Source: an uncultured Candidatus Saccharibacteria bacterium
Lineage (GTDB): Bacteria > Patescibacteriota > Minisyncoccia > Phycocordibacterales > CAIZLB01
Length of the DNA stretch: 64,000 bases
Direction: 5' to 3'
NCBI GenBank assembly: GCA_964550955.1
Contig: CAZKAF010000003.1
Coordinates: 7,489 to 71,488, forward strand
Part shown: positions 55,566 to 64,000 of the stretch, piece by piece
Position numbering within the stretch: position 1 is the stretch's first letter
How the letters are laid out: every line of letters starts with the position of its first letter
Position numbers and translations under genes: made by a program
Notes under the pieces: model-generated
The model's input: only the letters and a program-made list of their open reading frames with translations
What the model was told of the DNA's origin: nothing
The model's database searches: none

Positions 55566-58500
55566 ATGGCAGAGCAAACCAATCCAAAGCCCCAGACAGA
55601 GGTACATGCGGGCGATGCACTCAAGACAGTCTCTGCCCAGAGGGAAGAAGCAGTTCTTTCCTTTTGGCAGAAAAACCATATATTCGAGAAGAGCCTGAAG
55701 AAGGATTCTCCCAAGGGCAATTTCGTAATTTTTGACGGTCCTCCTTATGCGACGGGACTGCCGCACTACGGGCACATGCTGCCTTCGACCATAAAAGATA
55801 TCATCCCTCGGTACAAGACGATGCAGGGATATTTCGCGCCGCGCCGATGGGGCTGGGATTGCCACGGCCTTCCCATCGAAAACCTCATAGAAAAGCAGCT
55901 TGGACTCCGAGACAAGAAAGCTATCGAAGAGTACGGTATCGGCAATTTTAATAAAGCTGCAAAAGACAGCGTATTCGGATACGACAAGGACTGGAAGCGG
56001 ATCATCCGAAGAGTGGGCCGATGGGTCGACATGGAAAATGATTACCACACCATGGACTCAAGCTACACCGAGTCCGTCTGGTGGTCTTTCAAGGCTCTCA
56101 ATGAAAAAGGCCTCGTATACGATGCATTCAAGGTGATGCCGTACTGCCCTCGATGCGAGACATCGCTTTCAAACTTCGAAGTGGGTCAGGGATACAGAGA
56201 TATTCCTGATATTTCTGCATACGTGCTTTTCCCGGTTCTTGGAACTGATGGCAAACAGACTGAGGAAAATTTCCTTGCATGGACTACGACCCCGTGGACT
56301 CTTCCTGGAAATGCCGCACTCGCACTTAACCCGGAGCTTGAATACGTTCTCGTGAAGGCAAAAACTTCCGCAGGCTCTGCGCTCGTATGGGTTGCAAAAG
56401 ACCTTGTTGAGAAGCTTGCCTCAAAAGGGATTCTTCAGAAGCCCGAGGCAGGCGACGCTGCGGCCGATGCCGGTTCGGAATTAAGCGCCCTTAAGACAGC
56501 CAGGGGCTCGGAACTTTCCGGCCTGTCATACGCAGCGCCGTTCGACTTCTATGCGGCTGCAGGAAGCATGTCGTCCGACCAGGAGCCGAAGCGCCGGAAC
56601 GCTTGGAAATCATACGCTGCGGATTTCGTGACGGCAGAAGACGGAACTGGCATCGTGCACGTTGCTCCCGCGTTCGGAGACGACGACTCGAAGCTTGCTC
56701 AGGCAAATCATGTTCCGGTCATCCAGCATGTTGAGCGAAACGGCCAGCTTGCTCCAGGTCTCGGAAACCTCTCGGGTCTTCAGGCAAAAGCGAAAGGGGA
56801 CCATCAGTCTACTGATATCGAGGTCATCAAGCTTCTTGCCCATTCGACGACTTCGAGCGGAAACCCTCTTCTTTTCGCGAAGGAGAAGCTCGTGCACTCG
56901 TACCCGCATTGCTGGAGATGCGAGACTCCGCTTCTCAACTACGCGACAGCGTCTTGGTTTGTCGAAGTGACGAAGATCAAGGACCGGCTTATCGAGGCGA
57001 ACGACGGCGTAAATTGGGTCCCGAAAGAAGTGGGCGAAGGCCGATTCGGAAAATGGCTCGAGAACGCGCGAGATTGGGCGGTATCGAGAACGCGCTACTG
57101 GGGCGCGCCTCTTCCGGTATGGAAAGGCGAGAAGACCGGCCGGGTTGAATTCATCGGTTCTGTTGCCGAGCTCAAGGAAAAGATTTCGAGCAATGGGAAC
57201 AGCTTCCTTCTCATGCGGCATGGCGAGTCCGAATCGAACACGAAGAACGTCATAAATTCAAGCGCCAGGGACCTTGACTTGCATCCGCTGACTGAAACCG
57301 GCAAGACGCAGGTTGAATTGTCGGTCCGGAGCATAAAGGAGCGGCAGGAAAAAACGGGCAGGAGAATAACTAAGATTTACGCTTCTGACTTCAGGAGAAC
57401 GCGCGAGACGGCCGAGCGAACGGCGGAGGCGCTCGGCCTCGATCCGGCCGAGATAGTCTTCGATGCGCGCCTTCGGGAGGTGAATGCGGGGGATTTTGAC
57501 GCGGGTCCGTGGTCCGCAAGATTCGAATCCTTCGACGGCCTGCATGATGCCTTGTTCAAGAAGTGCCCGAACGGGGAATCAGTTTTTGACGTGAAAAAGC
57601 GGGCGACGGAATTCTTATACGACATCGAGGCGAAGCATCAGGACGAGGACGTTCTCATCGTGACTCACGGGCTCCCGCTCAGGCTCATGCTCTGCGCGGC
57701 CGAAGGGAAAACCGCGCGAGACCTGCTTCGGTCCGGATGGAGAGATTATTCTGATCCTCTCGCGTCGATTCATGAATGCGACTTCAAGCCGCTGCCTCAT
57801 AACGAAGATTTCGAGCTCGACCTTCATCGGCCGTTCATAGACGAGGTGACTTGGATCGCAAAGACGCCTTCCGGCGAAACGGAAATCATGCGAAGGATTC
57901 CCGACGTGTTCGACGTGTGGTATGACTCGGGATCGATGCCGTTTGCTCAGAACCATTACCCGTTCGAGGGGAAGGAGGAATTCGAGAAAAAAGGGAGCGT
58001 CCTGTTCCCGGCCGACTTCATTTCCGAAGGGATTGATCAGACGCGAGGCTGGTTCTATTCGCTCATGGTCCTTTCCGTCGCGCTTTTCGGAAAGAGCCCG
58101 TATAGGAACGTCACGGTAAGCGGTCTCATCCTCGCAGAGGACGGAAGGAAAATGTCCAAGAGCCTGAAGAATTATCCGGACCTCGAGCCCACGCTTGAAA
58201 AGTACGGCGCCGACTCCCTGCGATTCATGCTTGCTTCGTCGCCCGCGACCCATGCCGAAGAAGTCCTGTTCTCGGAGAAGTCGCTCGACGAGGTTAATAA
58301 GAAAATATTCAACAGGCTTGAAAACGTATATTCGTTCTACAAGATGTACGCGGCCGAGGGCTTGGAAGGGGAAACCCTGTCTGCAGATTCCGCGCCGCAA
58401 AGCGCGCACGTTCTCGACAGGTGGATACTCTCGCGCCTTTCGGAACTCAAGTCCGATATCGAGAGAAACCTCGACTTGTACCAGATAGACAAGGCGGTCC

Positions 58501-59285
58501 GGCCGATATCCCTTTTCGTGGACGACATATCGACATGGTATCTTCGAAGGTCCCGAGACAGGTTCAAGGGCGACGATGGGCAAGACAGGCAATTCGCCAT
58601 AGACACGACGAGGTTCGCGCTTCTGACCGTCTCGAAGCTTCTCGCCCCGTTCGTGCCGTTCATGGCAGAGCACATGTACCAGAATTTGAAGAAAGATATT
58701 TCGGAGGCGAGCTCGGCCCTCGCCATAACGATGCCTGAAAGCGTGCATTTGTGCGATTGGCCCATGCTTCCGCAGGCGGACAGCGCGCTCGTCGATTCGA
58801 TGGAGTCTCTTCGAAAGCTCGTCGAAAGCGGCTTGGCGCTCAGGTCAAAGGCCGGCATCAAGGCTCGGCAGCCGCTCGCTTCGTTCACGTATGACGCGGA
58901 CGAGCTGGTTCTCGCGGACGAGCTCGTCGAAATCATGGCCGATGAATTAAACGTGAAGAAAGTATCGGCCGGCACTGAAATTTCGCTCGATACCAGCCTG
59001 ACCAAGGAATTGAAAGACGAGGGCCTCGTCAGGGACGTGATTCGTTCCGTGCAGGAGGGCCGAAAAATCGCCGGACTTAATCCGGGCGATCCCATAATCC
59101 TTTCGCTCGGTTCTGATTCCGAGACTCGGGAAATCCTGAAGTCTCATGCGCAGATGATACGGAAGCCCGTGCTCGCGGAAGACATGCTGTTTGTCGAGCT
59201 GGACGCCGATTCGAATCATGTGCTCGAAACTGATTCTGCAAAGATAAGCATCAGCATCAATGTCCCATCACATCTATCAGACTAA
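55566..59285 (+). CDS. ileS: isoleucine--tRNA ligase (eukaryote-like type) with inserted histidine-phosphatase domain
   Basis: HYGH (HIGH) motif, WGWDCHGLPIE, KMSKS; a ~210-aa insert begins with LLMRHGESESN and ends with ...VTHGLPLRL, sitting between IGSVAELKEK and DLHRPFIDEV. Confidence 0.9.
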   Translation: MAEQTNPKPQTEVHAGDALKTVSAQREEAVLSFWQKNHIFEKSLKKDSPKGNFVIFDGPPYATGLPHYGHMLPSTIKDIIPRYKTMQGYFAPRRWGWDCHGLPIENLIEKQLGLRDKKAIEEYGIGNFNKAAKDSVFGYDKDWKRIIRRVGRWVDMENDYHTMDSSYTESVWWSFKALNEKGLVYDAFKVMPYCPRCETSLSNFEVGQGYRDIPDISAYVLFPVLGTDGKQTEENFLAWTTTPWTLPGNAALALNPELEYVLVKAKTSAGSALVWVAKDLVEKLASKGILQKPEAGDAAADAGSELSALKTARGSELSGLSYAAPFDFYAAAGSMSSDQEPKRRNAWKSYAADFVTAEDGTGIVHVAPAFGDDDSKLAQANHVPVIQHVERNGQLAPGLGNLSGLQAKAKGDHQSTDIEVIKLLAHSTTSSGNPLLFAKEKLVHSYPHCWRCETPLLNYATASWFVEVTKIKDRLIEANDGVNWVPKEVGEGRFGKWLENARDWAVSRTRYWGAPLPVWKGEKTGRVEFIGSVAELKEKISSNGNSFLLMRHGESESNTKNVINSSARDLDLHPLTETGKTQVELSVRSIKERQEKTGRRITKIYASDFRRTRETAERTAEALGLDPAEIVFDARLREVNAGDFDAGPWSARFESFDGLHDALFKKCPNGESVFDVKKRATEFLYDIEAKHQDEDVLIVTHGLPLRLMLCAAEGKTARDLLRSGWRDYSDPLASIHECDFKPLPHNEDFELDLHRPFIDEVTWIAKTPSGETEIMRRIPDVFDVWYDSGSMPFAQNHYPFEGKEEFEKKGSVLFPADFISEGIDQTRGWFYSLMVLSVALFGKSPYRNVTVSGLILAEDGRKMSKSLKNYPDLEPTLEKYGADSLRFMLASSPATHAEEVLFSEKSLDEVNKKIFNRLENVYSFYKMYAAEGLEGETLSADSAPQSAHVLDRWILSRLSELKSDIERNLDLYQIDKAVRPISLFVDDISTWYLRRSRDRFKGDDGQDRQFAIDTTRFALLTVSKLLAPFVPFMAEHMYQNLKKDISEASSALAITMPESVHLCDWPMLPQADSALVDSMESLRKLVESGLALRSKAGIKARQPLASFTYDADELVLADELVEIMADELNVKKVSAGTEISLDTSLTKELKDEGLVRDVIRSVQEGRKIAGLNPGDPIILSLGSDSETREILKSHAQMIRKPVLAEDMLFVELDADSNHVLETDSAKISISINVPSHLSD

Positions 59286-59844
59286 CGCGTTCGTGCTAAG
59301 CAGCTCGAATTCAGGCGAAGCCAACAAGACGCTGCTCCTTCTCACGGAAGAGCTCGGCGTCGTGTACGCGGCCGCTCAGGGGGTGCGCCTGCAGAAGTCA
59401 AAATTGAAGGCCTCCATTCAGGACCTTTCGTACATCAGGGTCTGCCTGGTGAAAGGCAGGGAGGTCTGGAGACTTACGAGCGCCGAGAAGCTGATATCGC
59501 TCTATGACAGGCGCCTCTCTCCCGCTTCGCGGAAAATGCTCGCTCAGGTCCTGCAGTTCGTCCAAAGGATGTCGCCCGGAGAAGGCAGGCAGAAAGACCT
59601 GTTCGAGATGCTGACGAAGCTTTGCGCGTTCGTGTTTCAGAGCAAGTCTGAACATCCGGGCCTGATTTCTTCGGTTGCCAAATTCAGGATTCTGCATGCG
59701 CTCGGATACGGTTCCGTTGACGCCGATCTCATGAAGGCATATGGCGGCTCCGCTTGGAATGAAGAATTGATGAAAGCGTCCGAAAGCGACAGGAAAGCGC
59801 TTGAGAAGCACATCGAATCCGCTCTTCGGGAAAGTCATTTATGA
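59260..59844 (+). CDS. recO: DNA repair protein RecO-like (short form)
   Basis: N-terminal OB-fold pattern TNAFVLSSSNSGEANKTLLLLTEELGVVYAAAQGVRLQKSKL; overlaps the ileS 3' end by 26 nt. Confidence 0.4.
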   Translation: MSHHIYQTNAFVLSSSNSGEANKTLLLLTEELGVVYAAAQGVRLQKSKLKASIQDLSYIRVCLVKGREVWRLTSAEKLISLYDRRLSPASRKMLAQVLQFVQRMSPGEGRQKDLFEMLTKLCAFVFQSKSEHPGLISSVAKFRILHALGYGSVDADLMKAYGGSAWNEELMKASESDRKALEKHIESALRESHL

Positions 59845-59857
59845 TATACTTTTGCAT

Positions 59858-61804
59858 ATGTCCAACGATGACAGCAGGATCGAACAGCTGAAGAAGAGGC
59901 TTTATTCTAATTCGGAAACGGAAGGCGTTCCGGTTCAAAACCGGTCAAAATTGCCAAGGCACAGCGTGCTCGTGGACAAGAGCTGGCAGGCCGAGCCGAC
60001 CGAGGAAAATCCGGTCATTCGGCCCGACTTCGTGAAGCTGAACCAATATGAAGACAGAAGCCCCTTGAAAAAGGTGCTCCTTTTCGTATTCGTGCTTTTT
60101 TTCCTGGCGCTGGCGTTCGCGGGATACATCATCTTCAGCGGCTCGAACTTCGTCTCGAACAGCAATATCGATATTCGGCTGATCGGACCCGTGACGTCTC
60201 CGGCAGGAGAAGAGCTGTCGCTCGACATCGACATAACGAATCGCAACAAGACGGATCTCCTGCTTGCCGATATCGTAGTCTCATATCCGGAGGGGACGAG
60301 AAGCGCGAGCGACAAGATAAGCCCCTTGCTGACGGACAGGGTGGCCGTCGGCACCATAAAAGCCGGCGCCTCTACTCGAATCACGGTCAAGTCGATACTC
60401 TTCGGCGAGCAGGACGTGAAGAAAAATATCAACGTCGCCTTGGAATACGGCATCCCCGGCTCAAGCAACATTTTCGTGAAGGACAAGCAGTACCCGATGT
60501 TCATCGGCTCTTCTCCCATCACGGTCAACGTCGAGGCGCTCAGGGAGATAACGCCCGAGCAGGAAGCCGATTTCAAGGTCCTGGTGAAATCAAACAGCGC
60601 TTCCATCATCAGGGGCCTCATTCTGAAAATCGAGTATCCGTTCGGATTCGAATTTATCAGCTCGTCTCCTCAGACGACGGGGGATTCGGGCACCTGGGTT
60701 CTCGGCGACGTGAATCCCGGAGAGGAGCGCGAAATCACGTTGAAGGGCAGGATTATCGGCGGAGAAAATCAGGAACGGGTCTTCCGGTTCTATACGGGCA
60801 CTGAAGATCCGAGCGACAAGACTTCCATCGGCACCATTTTCGTGACGAATACGGCCACCGTCGCCCTCAAGAAGCCGTTCCTTGGCGCGGACATCTCGCT
60901 TGACGGCAAGACATCCTCGACCTACGTGACGTACGCGGGCGAAAATGTCAAAGGGGAAATCACGTGGCAGAACAATCTCAATGTTCCCCTGAACGACGTC
61001 GTGATAGAAGCGCGCATCAACGGCGAGATGCTGGACCGGCTGAGCATTCAGGGCGATCGGGGCTTCTATCGGTCGGTAGATAACACCATCCTTTGGGACA
61101 GGACGACATTGTCCGAATTGAGGGAAGTCGGCCCCGGACAAATCGGAAGGCTGCAGTTCTCATTTTCTCCGATCGACCTGACGACGAAAACCGGATCCGA
61201 GCTTCGAAGGCAGGAGATGACAATCGACCTGACCATACGGGCCAAGCGATTCAACGAGGGCGATGTGCCCGTAGAAATTGTCTCGAACATCGCGCGCAAG
61301 GTTCAGATCGCTTCGAACCTTGATATCACGACCGGCGCGCTTCGAACTATCGGCCCGTTCCAGAACACGGGTCCGATACCTCCGATGCCCGAAGTCAAAA
61401 GCACCTATACTATATATGTCAGCGTCAAGAATTCATTTAACAGCGTGAAGGACGCGGTCTATACGGCGACGCTTCCCGCATATGTTGAATGGCTCGGCAC
61501 GACATTTCCGGACAATACCGGCGTTCGCTACAATGCGGACACGAGGCAGATTACCTGGTCCATCGGCGACATACAAGCAGGAACAGGCTACTCGTCAAGC
61601 CTCAAGGAGTTTGCGTACCAAGTGACCCTTCTTCCGAGCTTGAGCCAGATCGGATCGTCGCCGATACTCGTGAGCGGTCAAAAGCTGGTCGGCCGCGATA
61701 ATTACACGGGAACCATCGTCGAGAGCAAGGTCCAGTCCGCCGATACCAAGATAAGCACTGACCCGACGTACAAGTTCGGCGATGAGAAAGTGGGCGGCCA
61801 GTAG
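59858..61804 (+). CDS. large single-TM membrane-anchored extracytoplasmic hypothetical protein
   Basis: start set at MSNDDSRIEQL; one TM (LLFVFVLFFLALAFAGYIIF) followed by ~550 aa of predicted beta-rich extracellular domain. Confidence 0.45.
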   Translation: MSNDDSRIEQLKKRLYSNSETEGVPVQNRSKLPRHSVLVDKSWQAEPTEENPVIRPDFVKLNQYEDRSPLKKVLLFVFVLFFLALAFAGYIIFSGSNFVSNSNIDIRLIGPVTSPAGEELSLDIDITNRNKTDLLLADIVVSYPEGTRSASDKISPLLTDRVAVGTIKAGASTRITVKSILFGEQDVKKNINVALEYGIPGSSNIFVKDKQYPMFIGSSPITVNVEALREITPEQEADFKVLVKSNSASIIRGLILKIEYPFGFEFISSSPQTTGDSGTWVLGDVNPGEEREITLKGRIIGGENQERVFRFYTGTEDPSDKTSIGTIFVTNTATVALKKPFLGADISLDGKTSSTYVTYAGENVKGEITWQNNLNVPLNDVVIEARINGEMLDRLSIQGDRGFYRSVDNTILWDRTTLSELREVGPGQIGRLQFSFSPIDLTTKTGSELRRQEMTIDLTIRAKRFNEGDVPVEIVSNIARKVQIASNLDITTGALRTIGPFQNTGPIPPMPEVKSTYTIYVSVKNSFNSVKDAVYTATLPAYVEWLGTTFPDNTGVRYNADTRQITWSIGDIQAGTGYSSSLKEFAYQVTLLPSLSQIGSSPILVSGQKLVGRDNYTGTIVESKVQSADTKISTDPTYKFGDEKVGGQ

Positions 61805-61962
61805 GCCGAAGCTGAGGCCATTAAGGCGGACGGGGTTCGCGCCGGCATTGCCGGACGTCCATCGCTTTGGAAGGGCGGCGCGGCAGATGGCTTGTCTCGC
61901 TGCGGTTTGCCGGATTTCTTATTATTTACTATTCCCCTTAAAACAGATACTATAGTTGCACT

Positions 61963-63435
61963 ATGTCACATACACCAACGACTCCGGCTGCAGCGAATCC
62001 GTATCCTGAAAATACCATGGAAAAGCTCATCTCTTTGGCTAAGCGGAGAGGGTTCATTTACCAGGGTTCAGAAATCTACGGAGGGCTTGCTGGTACTTGG
62101 GATTACGGACCGCTTGGTCTCGCGCTTAAGAATAATATCCAAAATATTTGGTGGAAAAAGTTCGTGCTCGATCGCGAGGACATGTACGGCATCGATGCCG
62201 CAATCCTCATGAATCAGGAAGTATGGAAAGCCTCAGGCCACGTTGGCGGTTTTGCTGATCCTTTGATTGAAGACCTTAAGACTAAGAAGAGATACCGGGC
62301 GGATCATTTGCTTGAAGAAATGGGCGTTGATCCAAGAGAGATGACTCCTGCGCAGATGGACGCTCATATTAAGGAGCGGGGAATCAAAAGTCCTGAAGGA
62401 AATCCCCTTGGTGATGTCCGACAATTTAACATGATGCTTAAGACGAGTGTTGGCGCTAACGAAGACAGTTCATCTGTTTCGTATCTTCGACCAGAAACAG
62501 CACAGGGAATTTTCGTAAACTTTAAGAACATCGTTGATTCATTCCATCCTAAGCTCCCATTCGGTATTGCTCAAATCGGTAAGGCGTTTCGAAATGAAAT
62601 AGCGCCGCGCGACTTTATTTTCCGAGTGAGAGAATTGGAACAAATGGAAATCGAGTATTTCGTGCGACCGGAACAATGGGAAGAAATATTTGAGAAACTA
62701 TATGTAGAACAGCAGGCTTTCTTAGAGGAAATCGGCCTAAGCAAAAACAAGTTGCATAAAATAGTCGTTCCGGCTGCCGACCGAGCTCATTACTCAAAGC
62801 ACAGCATAGATACCGAGTTTGATTTTCCATTCGGTCAAAAAGAGCTTTTGGGTCTTGCGTATAGAACTGATTTTGACTTGAATGCTCATATGAGCGCATC
62901 AGGAACGGATATTTCATATTTTGACGAAGCCGAAACAGATCCTGAGAAAAAAAGATTCGTACCACATTGTATTGAGCCGACATTTGGAGTCGGAAGATTG
63001 CTCCTTGCTGTTCTTGCTGACGCATACAGAGAAGATACTCTTGGCGGCGAGCCTCGAGCATACATGCAGTTTGCGCCAAAAGTCGCACCCATACTCGTTG
63101 CAGTTTCTCCTCTTCTAAAAAATAAGCCGCAGCTTGTCGAAAAGGCTCGCGAAATTTACAGCGGACTTCGAAAGGCTTTCCCGGGACGCGTCATGTTTGA
63201 CGACAATGGAAATATCGGAAAGCGATACAGAAGACAAGATGAAATCGGAACGCCATTCTGCGTGGTTGTTGATTTCGATACAATCGAAGGGACTGATGAA
63301 GCGGGGAACGACAAGTATGATGAGGCGGGACAGCCGCTTCTTGATACCGTGACGGTCCGGCATCGAGATACGGGCGAACAGGCGCGCATGGGCATTAGCG
63401 ACGTGGAAGGATATATCAGGGCTTCATTGGCATAA
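61963..63435 (+). CDS. glyQS: glycine--tRNA ligase (alpha2 GlyQS type)
   Basis: ...GFIYQGSEIYGGLAGTWDYGPLG...; class II motifs ...FRNEIAPRDFIFRVRELEQMEIEYF...; 490 aa. Confidence 0.9.
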   Translation: MSHTPTTPAAANPYPENTMEKLISLAKRRGFIYQGSEIYGGLAGTWDYGPLGLALKNNIQNIWWKKFVLDREDMYGIDAAILMNQEVWKASGHVGGFADPLIEDLKTKKRYRADHLLEEMGVDPREMTPAQMDAHIKERGIKSPEGNPLGDVRQFNMMLKTSVGANEDSSSVSYLRPETAQGIFVNFKNIVDSFHPKLPFGIAQIGKAFRNEIAPRDFIFRVRELEQMEIEYFVRPEQWEEIFEKLYVEQQAFLEEIGLSKNKLHKIVVPAADRAHYSKHSIDTEFDFPFGQKELLGLAYRTDFDLNAHMSASGTDISYFDEAETDPEKKRFVPHCIEPTFGVGRLLLAVLADAYREDTLGGEPRAYMQFAPKVAPILVAVSPLLKNKPQLVEKAREIYSGLRKAFPGRVMFDDNGNIGKRYRRQDEIGTPFCVVVDFDTIEGTDEAGNDKYDEAGQPLLDTVTVRHRDTGEQARMGISDVEGYIRASLA

Positions 63436-63528
63436 CTCCGCGGAAATATCCTCAGGATAATCAAAGTTTGCATGCAGAAAAACCGGCACGAACGAGGCCA
63501 GTTTTTTAATCGTTAGGCTGGCCAGGCC

Positions 63529-63560
63529 GCTGAAGAATAAAAAAACTCCCCACGACTTGT
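63529..63560 (-). terminator. rho-independent terminator on the minus strand
   Basis: ctcccc-acgacttgt-ggggag with A7 on plus (T7 on minus); terminates a minus-strand transcript coming from the window end. Confidence 0.6.
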
Positions 63561-64000
63561 GGGGAGGGAGTATGGGAAAGGGTGGAACGACCCCTTGGTT
63601 TAGCCTTGCGCAGATGTGACTCTGCGCCGATTCTTGCGAGCGCCTACCGGTGCTCGCAATACTCAGGAGTACTCTAGGTGCTTGTACCTTTCGCACGCGC
63701 CGCAACTCATGTCACGACAGGCTAGGTTTTGGCTGCCACGATGAGGTCCTACAACCCCGGGATGCGCATTCGCTTCACTCGGTAAAGCGTCGCCTGATTC
63801 CCTGGGGGAGTCAGGAGGCCATCCAGGTTTGGGCTTTTGGCCTGACCAATCAGGGCCAATCGGGTCCCTGCGCCGAGGCTCGGTCCGTACCTTGCCTGCA
63901 GGGGTTCTGGTTCCCTTTCTTCCAAGGAGCCGTTCCAAAAAGAATAGTACTCTTTTGAGGCAGGGAGTCAAGAATGCGGGTTGTCGGCAAAGTTGCAGGG
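63561..64000 (-). ncRNA. unidentified structured ncRNA candidate (partial, runs off the window end)
   Basis: GC-enriched (~58%) relative to the surroundings; several strong hairpins (e.g. gcgcag-atgtgact-ctgcgc, ttgcgagcg-cctaccggt-gctcgcaa); only poor ORFs; ends at a terminator. RNase P and SRP motifs were looked for by eye and not convincingly found. Confidence 0.3.

Noticed and set aside
57615-58748. 377-aa minus-strand ORF
   Set aside because: Entirely antisense to ileS, which has unambiguous class I synthetase motifs. The ORF is Arg-rich and is a GC-driven shadow.
59935-60621. 228-aa minus-strand ORF
   Set aside because: Antisense to the large membrane-anchored protein gene. No motifs.
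63663-63971. 102-aa minus-strand ORF (and 63650-63958 on plus)
   Set aside because: Pro/Arg/Gly-rich junk-like translation in a GC-rich hairpin-dense region. The region is better explained as structured RNA.
63561-64000. RNase P RNA or SRP RNA identity for the terminal ncRNA
   Set aside because: Searched by eye for GGAAAGUCCGG / ACAGAANCCGGCUUA (RNase P) and the SRP domain IV motif. Only weak partial resemblance was found, so the RNA is left unclassified.

Overview
This 64 kb window reads like a compact, gene-dense bacterial genome at roughly 50% GC. It has short intergenic regions, many rho-independent terminators and seven tRNA genes. The gene content resembles an uncultivated small-genome bacterium, possibly Patescibacteria/CPR: there is a type IV pilus pilMNO set, a ThyX-type thymidylate synthase, and many secreted or membrane-anchored hypothetical proteins. 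That taxonomic guess is inference only.

Housekeeping genes I can support:
- Ribosomal and translation: rpsT, rplS, secE-nusG-rplK.
- Aminoacyl-tRNA synthetases: argS, ileS, glyQS.
- RNA modification and repair: ruvX, an RluA-family pseudouridine synthase, trhO, and a recO-like gene.
- Cell envelope: uppP plus a PAP2 phosphatase.
- Thymidylate synthesis: folD, dut, a dCMP deaminase, a thyX-like gene, glyA and tmk.

The most unusual region is a ~15 kb array at 11.5-26.8 kb. Five paralogous LivK-type (Peripla_BP_6) periplasmic substrate-binding proteins are each paired divergently with a paralogous TrmB-family HTH regulator. Single copies of the LivH/LivM permeases and LivG/LivF ATPases are scattered among them. 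This looks like one ABC importer served by five individually regulated binding proteins.

Other notable items:
- A HATPase_c ATP-binding protein translationally coupled to a small STAS-like (DUF4325-type) protein, with two 42-bp inverted-repeat units upstream. It resembles a partner-switching module.
- Two duplicated modules, each a secreted protein with a novel 'G-[WYF]-A-W-S-x-N-[IV]-G-W-I-x-F' repeat followed by a small single-TM protein. They are flanked by further secreted proteins.
- An IleRS carrying a ~210-aa histidine-phosphatase domain inserted in its catalytic core. A free paralogous histidine phosphatase sits between two P-loop kinases elsewhere in the window.
- A thyX-like gene that appears to be a tandem duplication (pseudo-dimer).
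- An unidentified structured ncRNA candidate on the minus strand at the 3' end of the window.

No CRISPR array, integrase or transposase was seen.
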